Counted from the stretch's first letter, positions 48,678-58,456 are shown. The stretch is 64,000 bases of DNA from Acidimicrobiia bacterium (GCA_022822905.1 JAJDYE010000016.1:152731-216730), one strand, 5' to 3'. Program-made: numbers and translations. The notes: generated by a model not told the origin, from the sequence alone.

Positions 48678-50105
48678 GTGAACACCGAGCGGCGCGACTA
48701 CCGGGTCGGTGGCCCCGAGGCTGACCGGGCCGCGACCGCTGGCCTGGTCGAAGCCGAGTGGTTCCGCCCTCCCATCGATCCTGAGCGCCTGCGCGAGCTG
48801 CAAGTCAGGGGCAACGCCCGGGCCGCCATCGACACGGTTGCCTGGCTCGGGCTCTTGGCCGGTTTCGGCTACCTGGCGTTCCTCTCTCTGGGCACTTGGT
48901 GGGCGATCCCCGCCTTCGCCGCCTACGGCGCACTGTACGGCGGCGCCGGCGATTCCCGCTGGCACGAGTGCGGCCACGGCACGGCCTTCAGAACCAAGTG
49001 GCTCAACGATGTGGTGTACTACCTGGCCTCGTTCATGCTGCTGCGCCAGCCGACCCTGTGGCGCTGGTCGCACGTCCGCCACCACACCGACACCATCGTG
49101 GTGGGACGCGACGCCGAGATCATCTTTCCCCGCCCCTCATCCCCCACGGGAGTAGCACTGGTCTTCTTGCCGCTGGTGAACGTGCCCCGGCTGGTAGCCC
49201 GGGCCGCCAAGCACGCCATCGGGCACATCGACGACGAGGCCCGCTCCTTCATTCCTGCCGACGAGCTGGGCAAGCTGAAATGGGAGTCTCGGGCCTATAT
49301 CGCCATCCTGGCCGGCGTGACGGCCTGGTCGATTGCCATCTGGTCCATTGTGCCGTTGCTCTACGTCGGCCTGCCCACCGTCTATGGGGCCTGGCTGATG
49401 GTGTTCTTCGCCATCACCCAGCACGCCGGATTGCAGGAGAACGTGCTCGACCACCGCCTCAACACCCGCACCGTGTACATGAATCCCGTCTTCCGGTTCT
49501 TGTACTCCAACATGAACTACCACGTGGAACACCACATCTTCCCCACCGTGCCCTACTACGGCCTGCCCGCTTTGCACCAGGAGGTGAAGGAGTACCTGGC
49601 TCCGGCGTCGCCCAACACCTGGTCGGCCTATCGGCAGATTCTGTCCACCCTGCGCCGCCAGTGGCGCGACCCGGCTCACGAGGAGCCCCGCGGCGATCTG
49701 CCCGCGGCCACCGACGGCGGTCGCTACTTTGTCAACACCGGGCACACCATGTGGGCCGGCGACCGCCACGACGGCCTGATCGACCTCGGGCCGGCCAACG
49801 CGCTCACCCCCGGATCGGCCCGGCAAGTGGAAGTGGGCGACGAGGCCTACGCCCTGTTCCGCTTGGGCGACGGCACTTTGGTGTGTGCCGAGGGGCTGTG
49901 TACTCACGGCCAGGCCTACCTGGCCGAGGGCGTGGTGCTCGACTGCCTGGTGGAGTGTCCCAAGCACAACGGCCGCTTCGACCTACGCACCGGGGAAGCG
50001 GTTCGGTATCCAGCCACCGACCCCCTTACCTTGTACCCCGTGGAGATACGAAACGGCCGGGTGGTCTCAAGCCTGCACGCTGAATCCGAGGAGTCCGGAG
50101 TATGA
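48678..50105 (+). CDS. Membrane fatty-acid-desaturase-family di-iron protein fused to a C-terminal Rieske [2Fe-2S] ferredoxin domain
   Basis: The His boxes are HECGHG, HVRHH and HVEHHIF. The Rieske motif is CTHGQAYL...CPKHNGRFDLRTGE. GTG start at 48678. Confidence 0.75.
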   Translation: MNTERRDYRVGGPEADRAATAGLVEAEWFRPPIDPERLRELQVRGNARAAIDTVAWLGLLAGFGYLAFLSLGTWWAIPAFAAYGALYGGAGDSRWHECGHGTAFRTKWLNDVVYYLASFMLLRQPTLWRWSHVRHHTDTIVVGRDAEIIFPRPSSPTGVALVFLPLVNVPRLVARAAKHAIGHIDDEARSFIPADELGKLKWESRAYIAILAGVTAWSIAIWSIVPLLYVGLPTVYGAWLMVFFAITQHAGLQENVLDHRLNTRTVYMNPVFRFLYSNMNYHVEHHIFPTVPYYGLPALHQEVKEYLAPASPNTWSAYRQILSTLRRQWRDPAHEEPRGDLPAATDGGRYFVNTGHTMWAGDRHDGLIDLGPANALTPGSARQVEVGDEAYALFRLGDGTLVCAEGLCTHGQAYLAEGVVLDCLVECPKHNGRFDLRTGEAVRYPATDPLTLYPVEIRNGRVVSSLHAESEESGV

Positions 50106-51109
50106 GCCCGGTGCGCATCGGGGTTCTGGGCTGCGGGCGGATCGGGCGGATGCACGCCGAGCTGATCGCCAAGCAGGTGCCCAACACCGAGGTGACGGCG
50201 GTCTATGACGTGGTGGCCAACGCTTCGGCAGCTCTGGCCAGCGAACTGAGGGTTCGCCAAGCCGCGGACCCGGCCGAGATTCTAAGTGCTGACGATGTGG
50301 ATGCAGTGGCCATCTGCTCCTCTACCCACACCCATATCGACCTGCTGGTGGCGGCGGCTGAGGCCGGCAAGGCCGTCTTCGTGGAGAAGCCGCTGGCCCT
50401 CAATTTGGCCGATGTGGATCGGGGCATCGCCGCCGCCGAGGCTGCCGGCATCCCCGTGCAGGTGGGATTCAACCGGCGCTTCGATCCCAGCCACCGCTAT
50501 GTGCGCGACCGAGTGGAGGCCGGAGAGGTGGGCGACGTCCACCTCGTTCGCATCTCCAGCCGCGATCCGGAGCCTCCGCCGCTGATGTATCTGGACGAGT
50601 CCGGCGGCATCTTCTGCGACATGACCATCCACGATTTCGACATGATCCGGTTCATCACCGGAAGCGAGGTTGCCGAGGTGTACGCCACCGGCGCGGTGCT
50701 GGTCGACCAGGCCATCGGCGAGGTCGGCGACCTCGACACCGCGGTTATCGTCTGCACCCACGAGAACGGCGCCATAAGCACCATCGACAACAGCCGCCAG
50801 GCGGTCTACGGCTACGACCAGCGGGTGGAGGCGTTCGGCTCAGCGGGGATGGCGGCCTCTGAGAACCCCCTGACCGCAACCGCGGTAACCCGCACCGCCG
50901 ACGGCGCCCACGCACCCACGCTGCCCTACTTCTTCTTGGAGCGGTATATTCCCTCGTATCTGGCCGAGTGGGACGCGTTCGTGGAGATGATGGAGGGCGC
51001 TCCGTCGCCGGTCACCCTGGCCGACGGCCGGGCCCCGCTGGTGATCGGCCTAGCCGCGTGGAAGTCAGTCCGCGAGCACCGCCCGGTGCGGATCGACGAG
51101 ATCGGCTGA
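50102..51109 (+). CDS. iolG: Inositol 2-dehydrogenase (Gfo/Idh/MocA family)
   Basis: VRIGVLGCGRIGRMHA, FVEKPLA and GFNRRFDPS. Cluster context. Confidence 0.7.
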   Translation: MSPVRIGVLGCGRIGRMHAELIAKQVPNTEVTAVYDVVANASAALASELRVRQAADPAEILSADDVDAVAICSSTHTHIDLLVAAAEAGKAVFVEKPLALNLADVDRGIAAAEAAGIPVQVGFNRRFDPSHRYVRDRVEAGEVGDVHLVRISSRDPEPPPLMYLDESGGIFCDMTIHDFDMIRFITGSEVAEVYATGAVLVDQAIGEVGDLDTAVIVCTHENGAISTIDNSRQAVYGYDQRVEAFGSAGMAASENPLTATAVTRTADGAHAPTLPYFFLERYIPSYLAEWDAFVEMMEGAPSPVTLADGRAPLVIGLAAWKSVREHRPVRIDEIG

Positions 51110-51179
51110 GCCGGAAATGGAGCACCCCATAAGACCACCAGAGGCCACCGCCGACCGCCGCCGCGAGATCGGCTGAGCG

Positions 51180-52178
51180 ATGCGGGCCTACGTCACCGGG
51201 GGGACCGGCTTCATCGGCTCCAACATCGTCAAGGTGTTCACCCAGCGCCACGGGGCGACAGTCCACTGCCCGGTCCACTCCTTCATCCCCGACGGTCCCC
51301 AGCGCTACACCACCGAACCGCTCGATCTGCTCGACCGCGAGGCCGCGCTGGCCAGCGTGGCCCACTTCGATCCCGACGTGATCGTCCACTCCATGATCCT
51401 CAACGACCTCGACGGCATTTACGCCCAGCGGGAGCTGGCCTGGCGCAGCTACGTGGATGCCACGCTCACCCTGGCCGAGGCAGCCAACCGGTCCGGGGCC
51501 AAGCTGATTGTGGTGTCTACCGACTGGGTGTTCGACGGCACCCAAGCCAGCGCCGATGAGCACACTCCCCCCAACCCGGTGAACTACTACGGCGTGCTCA
51601 AGGCCATCAGCGAGCAGGCCGCCCTGCTGCGGGCCGACCAGGCTGCGGTGGCCCGGGTGTCGGCGGTGAACGGTGTCCACTGGGCCCGGTCCGAGATGCC
51701 CCGAGGCCAAGACCCCGGCTTCGGCTATTTCGTGACCACCGTGCTCAACGCCGTGTCGCAGGGCGAGCCCTTCGGGGTGTGGGAGAGCAACGACATCAAC
51801 ATGACGGCGACGTCGAGCCTGGCCAGCGAGTGCGCCGAGGCCATGTGGCTGATCGCCGCAAACCCCGACGCCGAAGGCATCTTCCACTGTTGCGGGGCCG
51901 AGCCAGTGGGCCGCATGGAGCTGGCCCGAACGGCCTGCGACGTGTTCGGCCACGACCCGTCGTTGCTGCGGTCGGTGCCGCCTGACTCGGAAATGATGGC
52001 ATCGCTAGGCGGCGCCCGCATCCCTTACGACAGCTCTCTGGGCACGCCTCGCACCAGGGAGGTCTTGGGCTATGAGCCGTTGGGCACCCGGGCGCTGCTG
52101 GAGCGATTCAAACAAGAGATGGATGCCGGCGATCTGGTGCCGGCGGTCACCGGAACAAACACAGCGAAAGGAGGCTGA
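51180..52178 (+). CDS. NAD-dependent epimerase/reductase (RmlD substrate-binding-like SDR)
   Basis: The N-terminal motif is MRAYVTGGTGFIGSNI. YGVLK is a YxxxK-like motif. Confidence 0.65.
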   Translation: MRAYVTGGTGFIGSNIVKVFTQRHGATVHCPVHSFIPDGPQRYTTEPLDLLDREAALASVAHFDPDVIVHSMILNDLDGIYAQRELAWRSYVDATLTLAEAANRSGAKLIVVSTDWVFDGTQASADEHTPPNPVNYYGVLKAISEQAALLRADQAAVARVSAVNGVHWARSEMPRGQDPGFGYFVTTVLNAVSQGEPFGVWESNDINMTATSSLASECAEAMWLIAANPDAEGIFHCCGAEPVGRMELARTACDVFGHDPSLLRSVPPDSEMMASLGGARIPYDSSLGTPRTREVLGYEPLGTRALLERFKQEMDAGDLVPAVTGTNTAKGG

Positions 52179-52180
52179 CC

Positions 52181-53047
52181 ATGGCCTATACCCCCACCGC
52201 ATCCGCATCAGGCCCCATCCGCCCCCAGCCGGGACCGGGGCGAATCCTGAACATCACCCCGGAATCGGCCGGTTGGGAAAACGTGGCCTTTTCGGTGGTG
52301 GAGCTCACCCCGTCAGAGCCGTGGTCGGGAGTCGAGTCCGATCGGGAGACCGCCATTGTCCCTCTCTCGGGCTCGGGCCGGGTTCTAGCTGGGGAGATAG
52401 ACACCCCCATCAGCCGCACATCGGTGTTCGAGGAGCTGGGGCGCATCGTGTACCTGCCGCCGGACACGCCCTACGAGATCTCAACCGAGGGCTCGCTGAC
52501 GGCCGCGGTGGGCTCGGCCCCGGCCGAGGGCCGCTACCCGGCCCGGGTCTTCGAGCCGTCCGAGATGAAGGTGGAGATCCGCGGCGGCGGCCAAGCCTAC
52601 CGCCAGGTGGTCCACTCCCTGGCCCATCCCCTTCCCGCCGAGAAGCTCATCCTCTATGAGGTGTTCGTCCCCCGGGGCACTTGGTCGGGGTGGCCGCCCC
52701 ACTGCCACGACGGCCGCGACGGCTCGCCCTATCTGGAAGAGGTGTACTACTTCCGTCTGGATCGTCCCGAGGGCTATTGCATGCACCGGAATTGGCGCTC
52801 CGAGGAGGGTTTCGACGAGGCGGTAGTGGCCCGCGACAGCGATGCGGTGCTCGTGCCCAAAGGCTACCACACGTCGGTGGCCTGTCCCAGCTCCAACATG
52901 TACTTCCTGAACTATCTGGCCGGCGAGCTGATCGGCGAAGAGCGACGCACTCCCCCCTGTTTCGCCGCAGAGCACACCTGGATCGAAGCCGATTGGGGCG
53001 TCGGCGCGTGGACCCTGCCGGTGGCCGGCGCGGTGCCCTCTAGCTGA
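52181..53047 (+). CDS. iolB: 5-deoxy-glucuronate isomerase
   Basis: GTWSGWPPHCHDG...PYLEEVYYF and VLVPKGYH are typical of IolB. Confidence 0.8.
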   Translation: MAYTPTASASGPIRPQPGPGRILNITPESAGWENVAFSVVELTPSEPWSGVESDRETAIVPLSGSGRVLAGEIDTPISRTSVFEELGRIVYLPPDTPYEISTEGSLTAAVGSAPAEGRYPARVFEPSEMKVEIRGGGQAYRQVVHSLAHPLPAEKLILYEVFVPRGTWSGWPPHCHDGRDGSPYLEEVYYFRLDRPEGYCMHRNWRSEEGFDEAVVARDSDAVLVPKGYHTSVACPSSNMYFLNYLAGELIGEERRTPPCFAAEHTWIEADWGVGAWTLPVAGAVPSS

Positions 53048-53062
53048 CATGCCTCAACTCAT

Positions 53063-53911
53063 ATGACAGTGGCCGACCTCGCCCACAACGGGCGGTTCGC
53101 GGTGCTGGCCATCGACCACCGCGACTCGCTGCGGGCGGTCCTCGCGCCAGACGATCCCGATTCGGTTACCAGCGAGGCCATCGTCGACCTCAAACGCGAC
53201 CTGGTTGCCGGTCTGGCCCACCAGGCCACCGGGGTGATGCTCGAACCCGAGTACTCCATCCCCCACCTGCTCGATGGCACCCTGCCCCCTGGTGTGGGCT
53301 TCACCGCCGCACTGGAGACTCAGGGATACATGGCCGACCCCGAAGCCGCCCCCGTCGCCCTCCTCGACGGATGGTCGGTACGGGCCGCGGCCGATTGCGG
53401 CGCCGCCGCAGCCAAGCTACTGGTGCTCTACCGTCCCGACCGGCCCCACGCCGCCGCCCAAGAGCAGGCCGCGGCCGACATCCTGGCCGAGTGCCGCCAT
53501 GTGGGCATCCCCCTGCTGGTGGAACCGCTGTTTTACGCCCTCGACGACCCAACGGTTCGCCCCCAGATCGTGCTCGACACCGTGGACCGCTTCGCCCCCA
53601 TGGGATTCGACGTGCTGAAGCTGCCGTTCCCCGTCGATGCCCACCACGATGCCGACCGGACCCGGTGGGCCGCAGCCTGCGCAGAAATCTCCGCCCGTTG
53701 CCACATGCCCTGGACATTGCTGTCCGGCGGCGGCACCTTCGAGACCTACCACTCCCAACTAGAAGTCGCCATGGCCTCAGGCTGCGCCGGATTCACCGTC
53801 GGCCGAGCCCTATGGGGCGAAGCCGCCCTGGCCGCCCCCACCGACCGCCCCGCAGTGATTGACGACTTGATTGCCCCTCGACTCGCCGCGCTGCGGAATT
53901 TGGTGATCTAA
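53063..53911 (+). CDS. Class I aldolase-fold protein (DUF2090/LacD-like), probable 5-dehydro-2-deoxyphosphogluconate aldolase
   Basis: FAVLAIDHRDSLRAVL...VMLEPEY...LKLPFP. It is the last gene of the inositol cluster. Confidence 0.55.
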   Translation: MTVADLAHNGRFAVLAIDHRDSLRAVLAPDDPDSVTSEAIVDLKRDLVAGLAHQATGVMLEPEYSIPHLLDGTLPPGVGFTAALETQGYMADPEAAPVALLDGWSVRAAADCGAAAAKLLVLYRPDRPHAAAQEQAAADILAECRHVGIPLLVEPLFYALDDPTVRPQIVLDTVDRFAPMGFDVLKLPFPVDAHHDADRTRWAAACAEISARCHMPWTLLSGGGTFETYHSQLEVAMASGCAGFTVGRALWGEAALAAPTDRPAVIDDLIAPRLAALRNLVI

Positions 53912-54936
53912 GCGGCCACTGCGCCTCCGACTACCAGATCACCCTGGTAGAAGACCACTGCTTGGCCGGGGGCTACTCGGCGCTGGGGTTCGGCCCAGAC
54001 GACTCGATCAGATTGGTCCACCACCCCGACCACGGGGGTGCCGTGGGCGCTCACCTGGACGTCAACCGGGCCATCCACCTCTCCGTCGGCCCACTGGATG
54101 TCGGTCACATCCTGGGCTGGCGTGTACAAATCGTCTCGCCGACCGACCGTCACCCGACCCGCGGCGATGTCCACATCGGTCACGTAGCGGGGCTCGTCGG
54201 TGCCGCCGAGGTTGAGACCCCGGCGCTGGCCGATGGTCACCGCTTGCACGGCCTCGACGGTTGCCAGTTCAGTGCCGTCGGCGTCCACCACGGAGGCGGG
54301 CGACTCCCCCAAGCGGCGGGATAGGAAGCCCTGCCGTCCCCCGGCTCGATTGGCGATGAAACACACGTCCTGGCTGTCGGGCTTGGCCGAGTTCCGCAGG
54401 CCCAACTCGGCAGCCCGCTCCCGAACCTCGGCCTTGGTCAGGTGGCCGATGGGCAAGAGCAGCCGGGCCATCTGCTCTTGGCCCAACATGTAGAGCACAT
54501 AGGACTGGTCTTTGGCCTCATCCACTCCCCGACGCACTCGAAACCCAGTGCCCGCCGCCTCGAGCCGGGCGTGATGGCCGGTGGCCACCACATCGAAGCC
54601 CAGCGCTTCGGCTCGCACCATCAGCTTGTCGAACTTGATGTGGCGATTGCACTCAATACACGGGTTGGGGGTCAACCCCACGGCATGGTCGTCCACGTAC
54701 GGGGCCACCACCCGCTGGTCGAAGGCATCGCCGAAGTTGAACACATGGTGCTGCAACCCCAGAAGGTCGGCCACCCGGCGGGCATCCTCCACATCCGACA
54801 CCGAGCAGCATCCGGTGTCGGACTCGCCGCCCCACAACTTGAGGGTGACGCCCACCACCTCGTGCCCCTGCTCGGCCAGCATGGCGGCCGCCACCGAGGA
54901 GTCCACGCCCCCCGACATGGCCGCCAGAACTCGCAT
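53908..54936 (-). CDS. mnmA: tRNA 2-thiouridine(34) synthase
   Basis: MRVLAAMSGGVDSSVAA is the PP-loop, followed by CCSVSDVEDARRVA. Start trimmed to the ATG at 54936. Confidence 0.9.
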   Translation of the reverse strand: MRVLAAMSGGVDSSVAAAMLAEQGHEVVGVTLKLWGGESDTGCCSVSDVEDARRVADLLGLQHHVFNFGDAFDQRVVAPYVDDHAVGLTPNPCIECNRHIKFDKLMVRAEALGFDVVATGHHARLEAAGTGFRVRRGVDEAKDQSYVLYMLGQEQMARLLLPIGHLTKAEVRERAAELGLRNSAKPDSQDVCFIANRAGGRQGFLSRRLGESPASVVDADGTELATVEAVQAVTIGQRRGLNLGGTDEPRYVTDVDIAAGRVTVGRRDDLYTPAQDVTDIQWADGEVDGPVDVQVSAHGTPVVGVVDQSDRVVWAEPQRRVAPGQAVVFYQGDLVVGGAVAA

Positions 54937-54952
54937 TTCTCGGCCCGTCCCC

Positions 54953-56095
54953 TCAGCCCTTGCCGTAGGCCCGCAGCCGGGCCACCGCATCGGGGATCAC
55001 CGCCAACGCCTGATCGATATCGGCGTCCGCGGTCTCATAGCCCAGCGAGAGCCGCAGCGATCCCCCGGCCAGCATCCGGTCGTAGCCCATAGCGGCCAGC
55101 ACATGGGACGGATCCTGCGCGCCGCTAGAGCACGACGATGCCGCCGACGCATACACCCCGGCATCTTCCAACAGGAACAGCAGCGCCTCCGACTCGATGT
55201 CCTCGAAGCACAGGTGGGCCGACCCGGCCACCTTGCCCGACCGCTCTCCGGTCTCCACCGTGTTGGGCACCGCAGTCAGAATCCCGTCCGCCAGCCGGTC
55301 CCGCAACCCGGCCAGGCGCTCCACCTGCTCAGCCCGGCTCTTCAGCACAACCTCGGCGGCCGCGGCCATGCCCGCGATTCCCGCGGCGTTGTGGGTGCCC
55401 GATCGCAGCCCCCGTTCCTGACCACCCCCCAACATCAGCGGCGACAGCTCCACTCCCTCGCGCACCACCAGCGCGCCCACCCCCTTGGGACCGCCGAATT
55501 TGTGGGCACTGACCGAGATCAGATCGGCGTCCGCCGCCAGCGAAGCCACGTCCAACCAGGGGAAAGCCTGCACTGCATCGGTGTGGAGTACGGCATTGGA
55601 GGCCGACGAGCGGACCACATCGGCCACCTGCCCCAAAGGCTGGACCATGCCGGTCTCGTTGTTGGCCAGCATCACCGACACCACGGTCACGCTGTCGTCG
55701 AGGGCCGCAGCCAGCGCACCGAGGTCGATGACCCCAGCGGCGTCTACCGCCACCACCCGGCCGCCCAAGTGCTCCACCGGCTCCAGCACGGCATGGTGTT
55801 CGATGGCCGAGCACACCGTCACCCCGCCCACCTGCATATGCCGTCCGACTACTGCCATGTTGTCGCCCTCGGTGCCCCCGCCGGTGAACACGATCTCCCC
55901 CGGCTCTGAGCCCAGAGCCTTAGCCATCACATCCCGGGCATCGTCTATGCCGCGGCGGGTGTCCCGGGCCATCCGGTGCGCCCCGGTCGGGTTGGCATAC
56001 AGCTCCCGATACAGGGGTGCCATGGCCTCCACTGCCTCGGGACACAGCGGAGTGGATGCCGCGTTGTCGAGGTAGACAATCCTCTCGGGGGCCAT
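54953..56095 (-). CDS. Cysteine desulfurase (class V aminotransferase, IscS/NifS-like)
   Basis: YLDNAASTP, SAHKFGGPKGVGAL (PLP Lys) and SSCSSGA (catalytic Cys loop). Confidence 0.85.
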   Translation of the reverse strand: MAPERIVYLDNAASTPLCPEAVEAMAPLYRELYANPTGAHRMARDTRRGIDDARDVMAKALGSEPGEIVFTGGGTEGDNMAVVGRHMQVGGVTVCSAIEHHAVLEPVEHLGGRVVAVDAAGVIDLGALAAALDDSVTVVSVMLANNETGMVQPLGQVADVVRSSASNAVLHTDAVQAFPWLDVASLAADADLISVSAHKFGGPKGVGALVVREGVELSPLMLGGGQERGLRSGTHNAAGIAGMAAAAEVVLKSRAEQVERLAGLRDRLADGILTAVPNTVETGERSGKVAGSAHLCFEDIESEALLFLLEDAGVYASAASSCSSGAQDPSHVLAAMGYDRMLAGGSLRLSLGYETADADIDQALAVIPDAVARLRAYGKG

Positions 56096-56116
56096 TGCCG
56101 ATCCTCCTGCTTCCCT

Positions 56117-56773
56117 CTATACCTGGGGGAACACCAGATCGTCGCGCTTGGAGCGCTTGAGCTCGGCGAACGACGGCCACTCGGCCAAGGTCACCACCGC
56201 ATCCCATAGGCGCACGGCCTCTTCCGTGGGCGGAATCTGGCTCACCACCGGACCGAAGAACGACGTCGTGTCGCCGTTGTGGTGAAAGGAGATGATCGGG
56301 GTGCCCACGTCCCGCCCGGTGCGGCTCAGCGCCTCCATAGTGGACTCCCGCAGGGCTTCATCCAGCGACTCGTCCTCGGCCCGGTCGGCAAGCTCGCCAG
56401 GCAGGCCAGCGCGCTCCAAGGCGGCCTTCAAATGCTGGTCGGAGGCCACCTCGCCTATCGTCGAGCGGACATCCGCATCGGGATTCCAGATGGTGGATCC
56501 GTAGGCGGTGTAGAGCTCACCGGCTGCGGCCGCACCGTGCTCATTGCGAACCGCCTGGGCCACCCGCAGCATGCGGCGGCCCTTGTGATGAAGTTCCTGA
56601 TAGCCCTCGGGGAAGTCCTCGTAGTCGCTGTCCTCGTTGAGGATCGACAAGCAGATCAGCCGCCAGTCCACGGTGTAATCGCGCTGGCGGGCAACGTCAG
56701 TTACCCACCGTGAAGTGAGCCACGCGAACGGGCAAATCGGATCCCAAAAGAACTCGATGTCGGCATCGGGCAT
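56117..56773 (-). CDS. DsbA-like thioredoxin-fold protein
   Basis: The N-terminus FFWDPICPFAWLTSRW is typical of actinobacterial DsbA-family proteins. Confidence 0.65.
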   Translation of the reverse strand: MPDADIEFFWDPICPFAWLTSRWVTDVARQRDYTVDWRLICLSILNEDSDYEDFPEGYQELHHKGRRMLRVAQAVRNEHGAAAAGELYTAYGSTIWNPDADVRSTIGEVASDQHLKAALERAGLPGELADRAEDESLDEALRESTMEALSRTGRDVGTPIISFHHNGDTTSFFGPVVSQIPPTEEAVRLWDAVVTLAEWPSFAELKRSKRDDLVFPQV

Positions 56774-56827
56774 CCTCCAATCCTACGGCCCTCCAGCAAG
56801 ACCCACGAGTCGCTTTAGACTCAGGTT

Positions 56828-57262
56828 GTGGCCAAGATCAGGGTTTCCACCACCATCGAAGCGCCATTGGACGCCGTGTGGGAGTACGTGCGCCGCATCG
56901 ACTCTCACACCGAGTGGATGGCCGACGCCGAGTCGATCGCCTTTCAAGGAACCCAGACCGAGGGAGTGGGCACCGCCTTCGAGTGCCGCACCAAGATCGG
57001 CCCCCTGCGGCTCACTGATGCCATGGTTATCACCGAATGGGCAGATAAGGCTTCCATCGGCGTGCGCCACACTGGACTGGTCACCGGAGAAGGGCGCTTC
57101 ACCCTCGCCCCCGCCGGTACCGACCGCACCGAGTTCTGCTGGACCGAAGAGCTGAACTTTCCCTGGTGGATGGGTGGCCTGCTGGGTGACATCGTCGGCG
57201 CCCGTATCCTCGAATGGGTGTGGCGCCGCAACCTGAAAGCGCTGCGGGCCCAGTTCGCCTAG
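56828..57262 (+). CDS. SRPBCC family protein (polyketide cyclase/dehydrase-like)
   Basis: 144 aa. STTIEAPLDAVWEYVRRIDSHTEWM fits the family. GTG start. Confidence 0.65.
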   Translation: MAKIRVSTTIEAPLDAVWEYVRRIDSHTEWMADAESIAFQGTQTEGVGTAFECRTKIGPLRLTDAMVITEWADKASIGVRHTGLVTGEGRFTLAPAGTDRTEFCWTEELNFPWWMGGLLGDIVGARILEWVWRRNLKALRAQFA

Positions 57263-57266
57263 TTCG

Positions 57267-57962
57267 CTAGCCGACGATAAGTACCACGGTGGAGCGACTG
57301 GCAGCCCACAGGGCGCCAACAAAGGAAGCCCCAGCCACCACTACCGCGGCAAGCACCGGAATCACGGTCGTCTGCTGTTGTCGGCGGATGGCATAGGCGG
57401 CGGCGGCACCCACCAAGAAGCCGCCAATGAGACCGCCGATGTGGCCACCCAGCGAAACGGACCGCACAGTGAAGCTGATAACCAGATTTATGGCGAGAAT
57501 CGGCCCTATCGGAGTCTGGAACAACCCCACCCCTTGGGCCAGCGACAGGGCGGCGTAGGCACCCAACAAGCCGAAGATGGCCCCCGAAGCCCCCGCAATC
57601 AGCGAATTCGGCGTCTCGATCAGCGCTCCGAACGACCCACTCACCAGCGAGGCGAAATAGACCGCCATGAACTGGACCTTTCCCAGCGACCGCTCCAAGG
57701 CCAAGCCCAGGACATAGAGCGAGAACATGTTCACCGCCAGGTGGATGAAGCCATGGTGCAAGAACCCGCCGGTGAACACCCGCCACCACTCGTTCAAGTA
57801 TTCGATGTTCCCGCCCAGGGTGGCAGCACGGTAAACCAGACCGTCTCCATCGCCCCCGCCAACGAAGTCGTCCCCCATCGCGATGCCGACGATGAACACC
57901 GCCGCGTTGGCGGCAATCAGCCCATAGCTGACGTACCAGGTATCGGTTCGCTGAGGGACCAT
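57267..57962 (-). CDS. Rhomboid family intramembrane serine protease
   Basis: HLAVNM, GASGAIFGLLGA (catalytic Ser) and GGHIGGL (His). Start trimmed to the ATG at 57962. Confidence 0.8.
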   Translation of the reverse strand: MVPQRTDTWYVSYGLIAANAAVFIVGIAMGDDFVGGGDGDGLVYRAATLGGNIEYLNEWWRVFTGGFLHHGFIHLAVNMFSLYVLGLALERSLGKVQFMAVYFASLVSGSFGALIETPNSLIAGASGAIFGLLGAYAALSLAQGVGLFQTPIGPILAINLVISFTVRSVSLGGHIGGLIGGFLVGAAAAYAIRRQQQTTVIPVLAAVVVAGASFVGALWAASRSTVVLIVG

Positions 57963-57982
57963 GAAGCGAGGTTCGACGGTCG

Positions 57983-58282
57983 CTACAAGCCCACCGGTGA
58001 GCCGTCGCTCAGCAGGTTCTGGCCCACGTTCACCACCTCGGTAACCCCATCCACCCGGTCTTTGAGGATCCGCTCCACTCCGGCCTTGAGCGTGACCGTA
58101 GAGGCTGGGCAGCTCACACATGCACCCACCAGTTCCACGCTGACTACTCCGGTTTCCTCATCCACTCCCCGCAAGAAGATGTCTCCGTCATCGGCCTGCA
58201 CCGCAGGGCGGATGGCCTCGATCACCTGGGCGACGGCATCCTGCATACCCACCATTCTCTCAGCAAACGGCCCGTTCGCCAA
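57983..58282 (-). CDS. NifU C-terminal-domain-like Fe-S cluster assembly protein
   Basis: IRPAVQADDGDIFLRGVDEETGVVSVELVGACVSCPASTVTLKAGVE contains the CxxC. The start is uncertain (TTG at 58282 or internal ATGs). Confidence 0.75.
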   Translation of the reverse strand: MANGPFAERMVGMQDAVAQVIEAIRPAVQADDGDIFLRGVDEETGVVSVELVGACVSCPASTVTLKAGVERILKDRVDGVTEVVNVGQNLLSDGSPVGL

Positions 58283-58310
58283 CCCTCGCCACGACCAAAT
58301 GGTCCAGCCT

Positions 58311-58367
58311 CTGACAGAATCGACGTCCCGTTCCCCGAAAATGCCGGTGGCCTGACAGAATCGACGT
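58311..58367. repeat. Two exact 16-bp direct repeats CTGACAGAATCGACGT spaced 41 bp
   Basis: The copies lie at 58311-58326 and 58352-58367, in the 174-bp spacer between the NifU-like gene and murA. Confidence 0.7.
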
Positions 58368-58456
58368 TGTGGAACTGCTGGCCCACCAGGGAGGCTGGGA
58401 CGAGATTCTCTTGGTGGCCGCGCCGTTGGCCTTGCTGGCCGGCCTGCTGTTCCTGG

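Noticed and set aside
51098-51178. 14-nt direct repeat GAGATCGGCTGAGC at the iolG stop (51098-51111) and again just before the next ATG (51165-51178)
   Set aside because: It is probably a small local duplication of the gene end. Exact 14-mers can recur by chance in 64 kb of biased sequence, and no structure or ORF is associated with it.
54581-55909. 442-aa plus-strand ORF spanning the mnmA / cysteine desulfurase junction
   Set aside because: It is antisense to two genes with unmistakable motifs (PP-loop SGGVDSS; PLP-Lys SAHKFGGPKG). The composition is Arg/Pro/His-rich and shows no domain signature.
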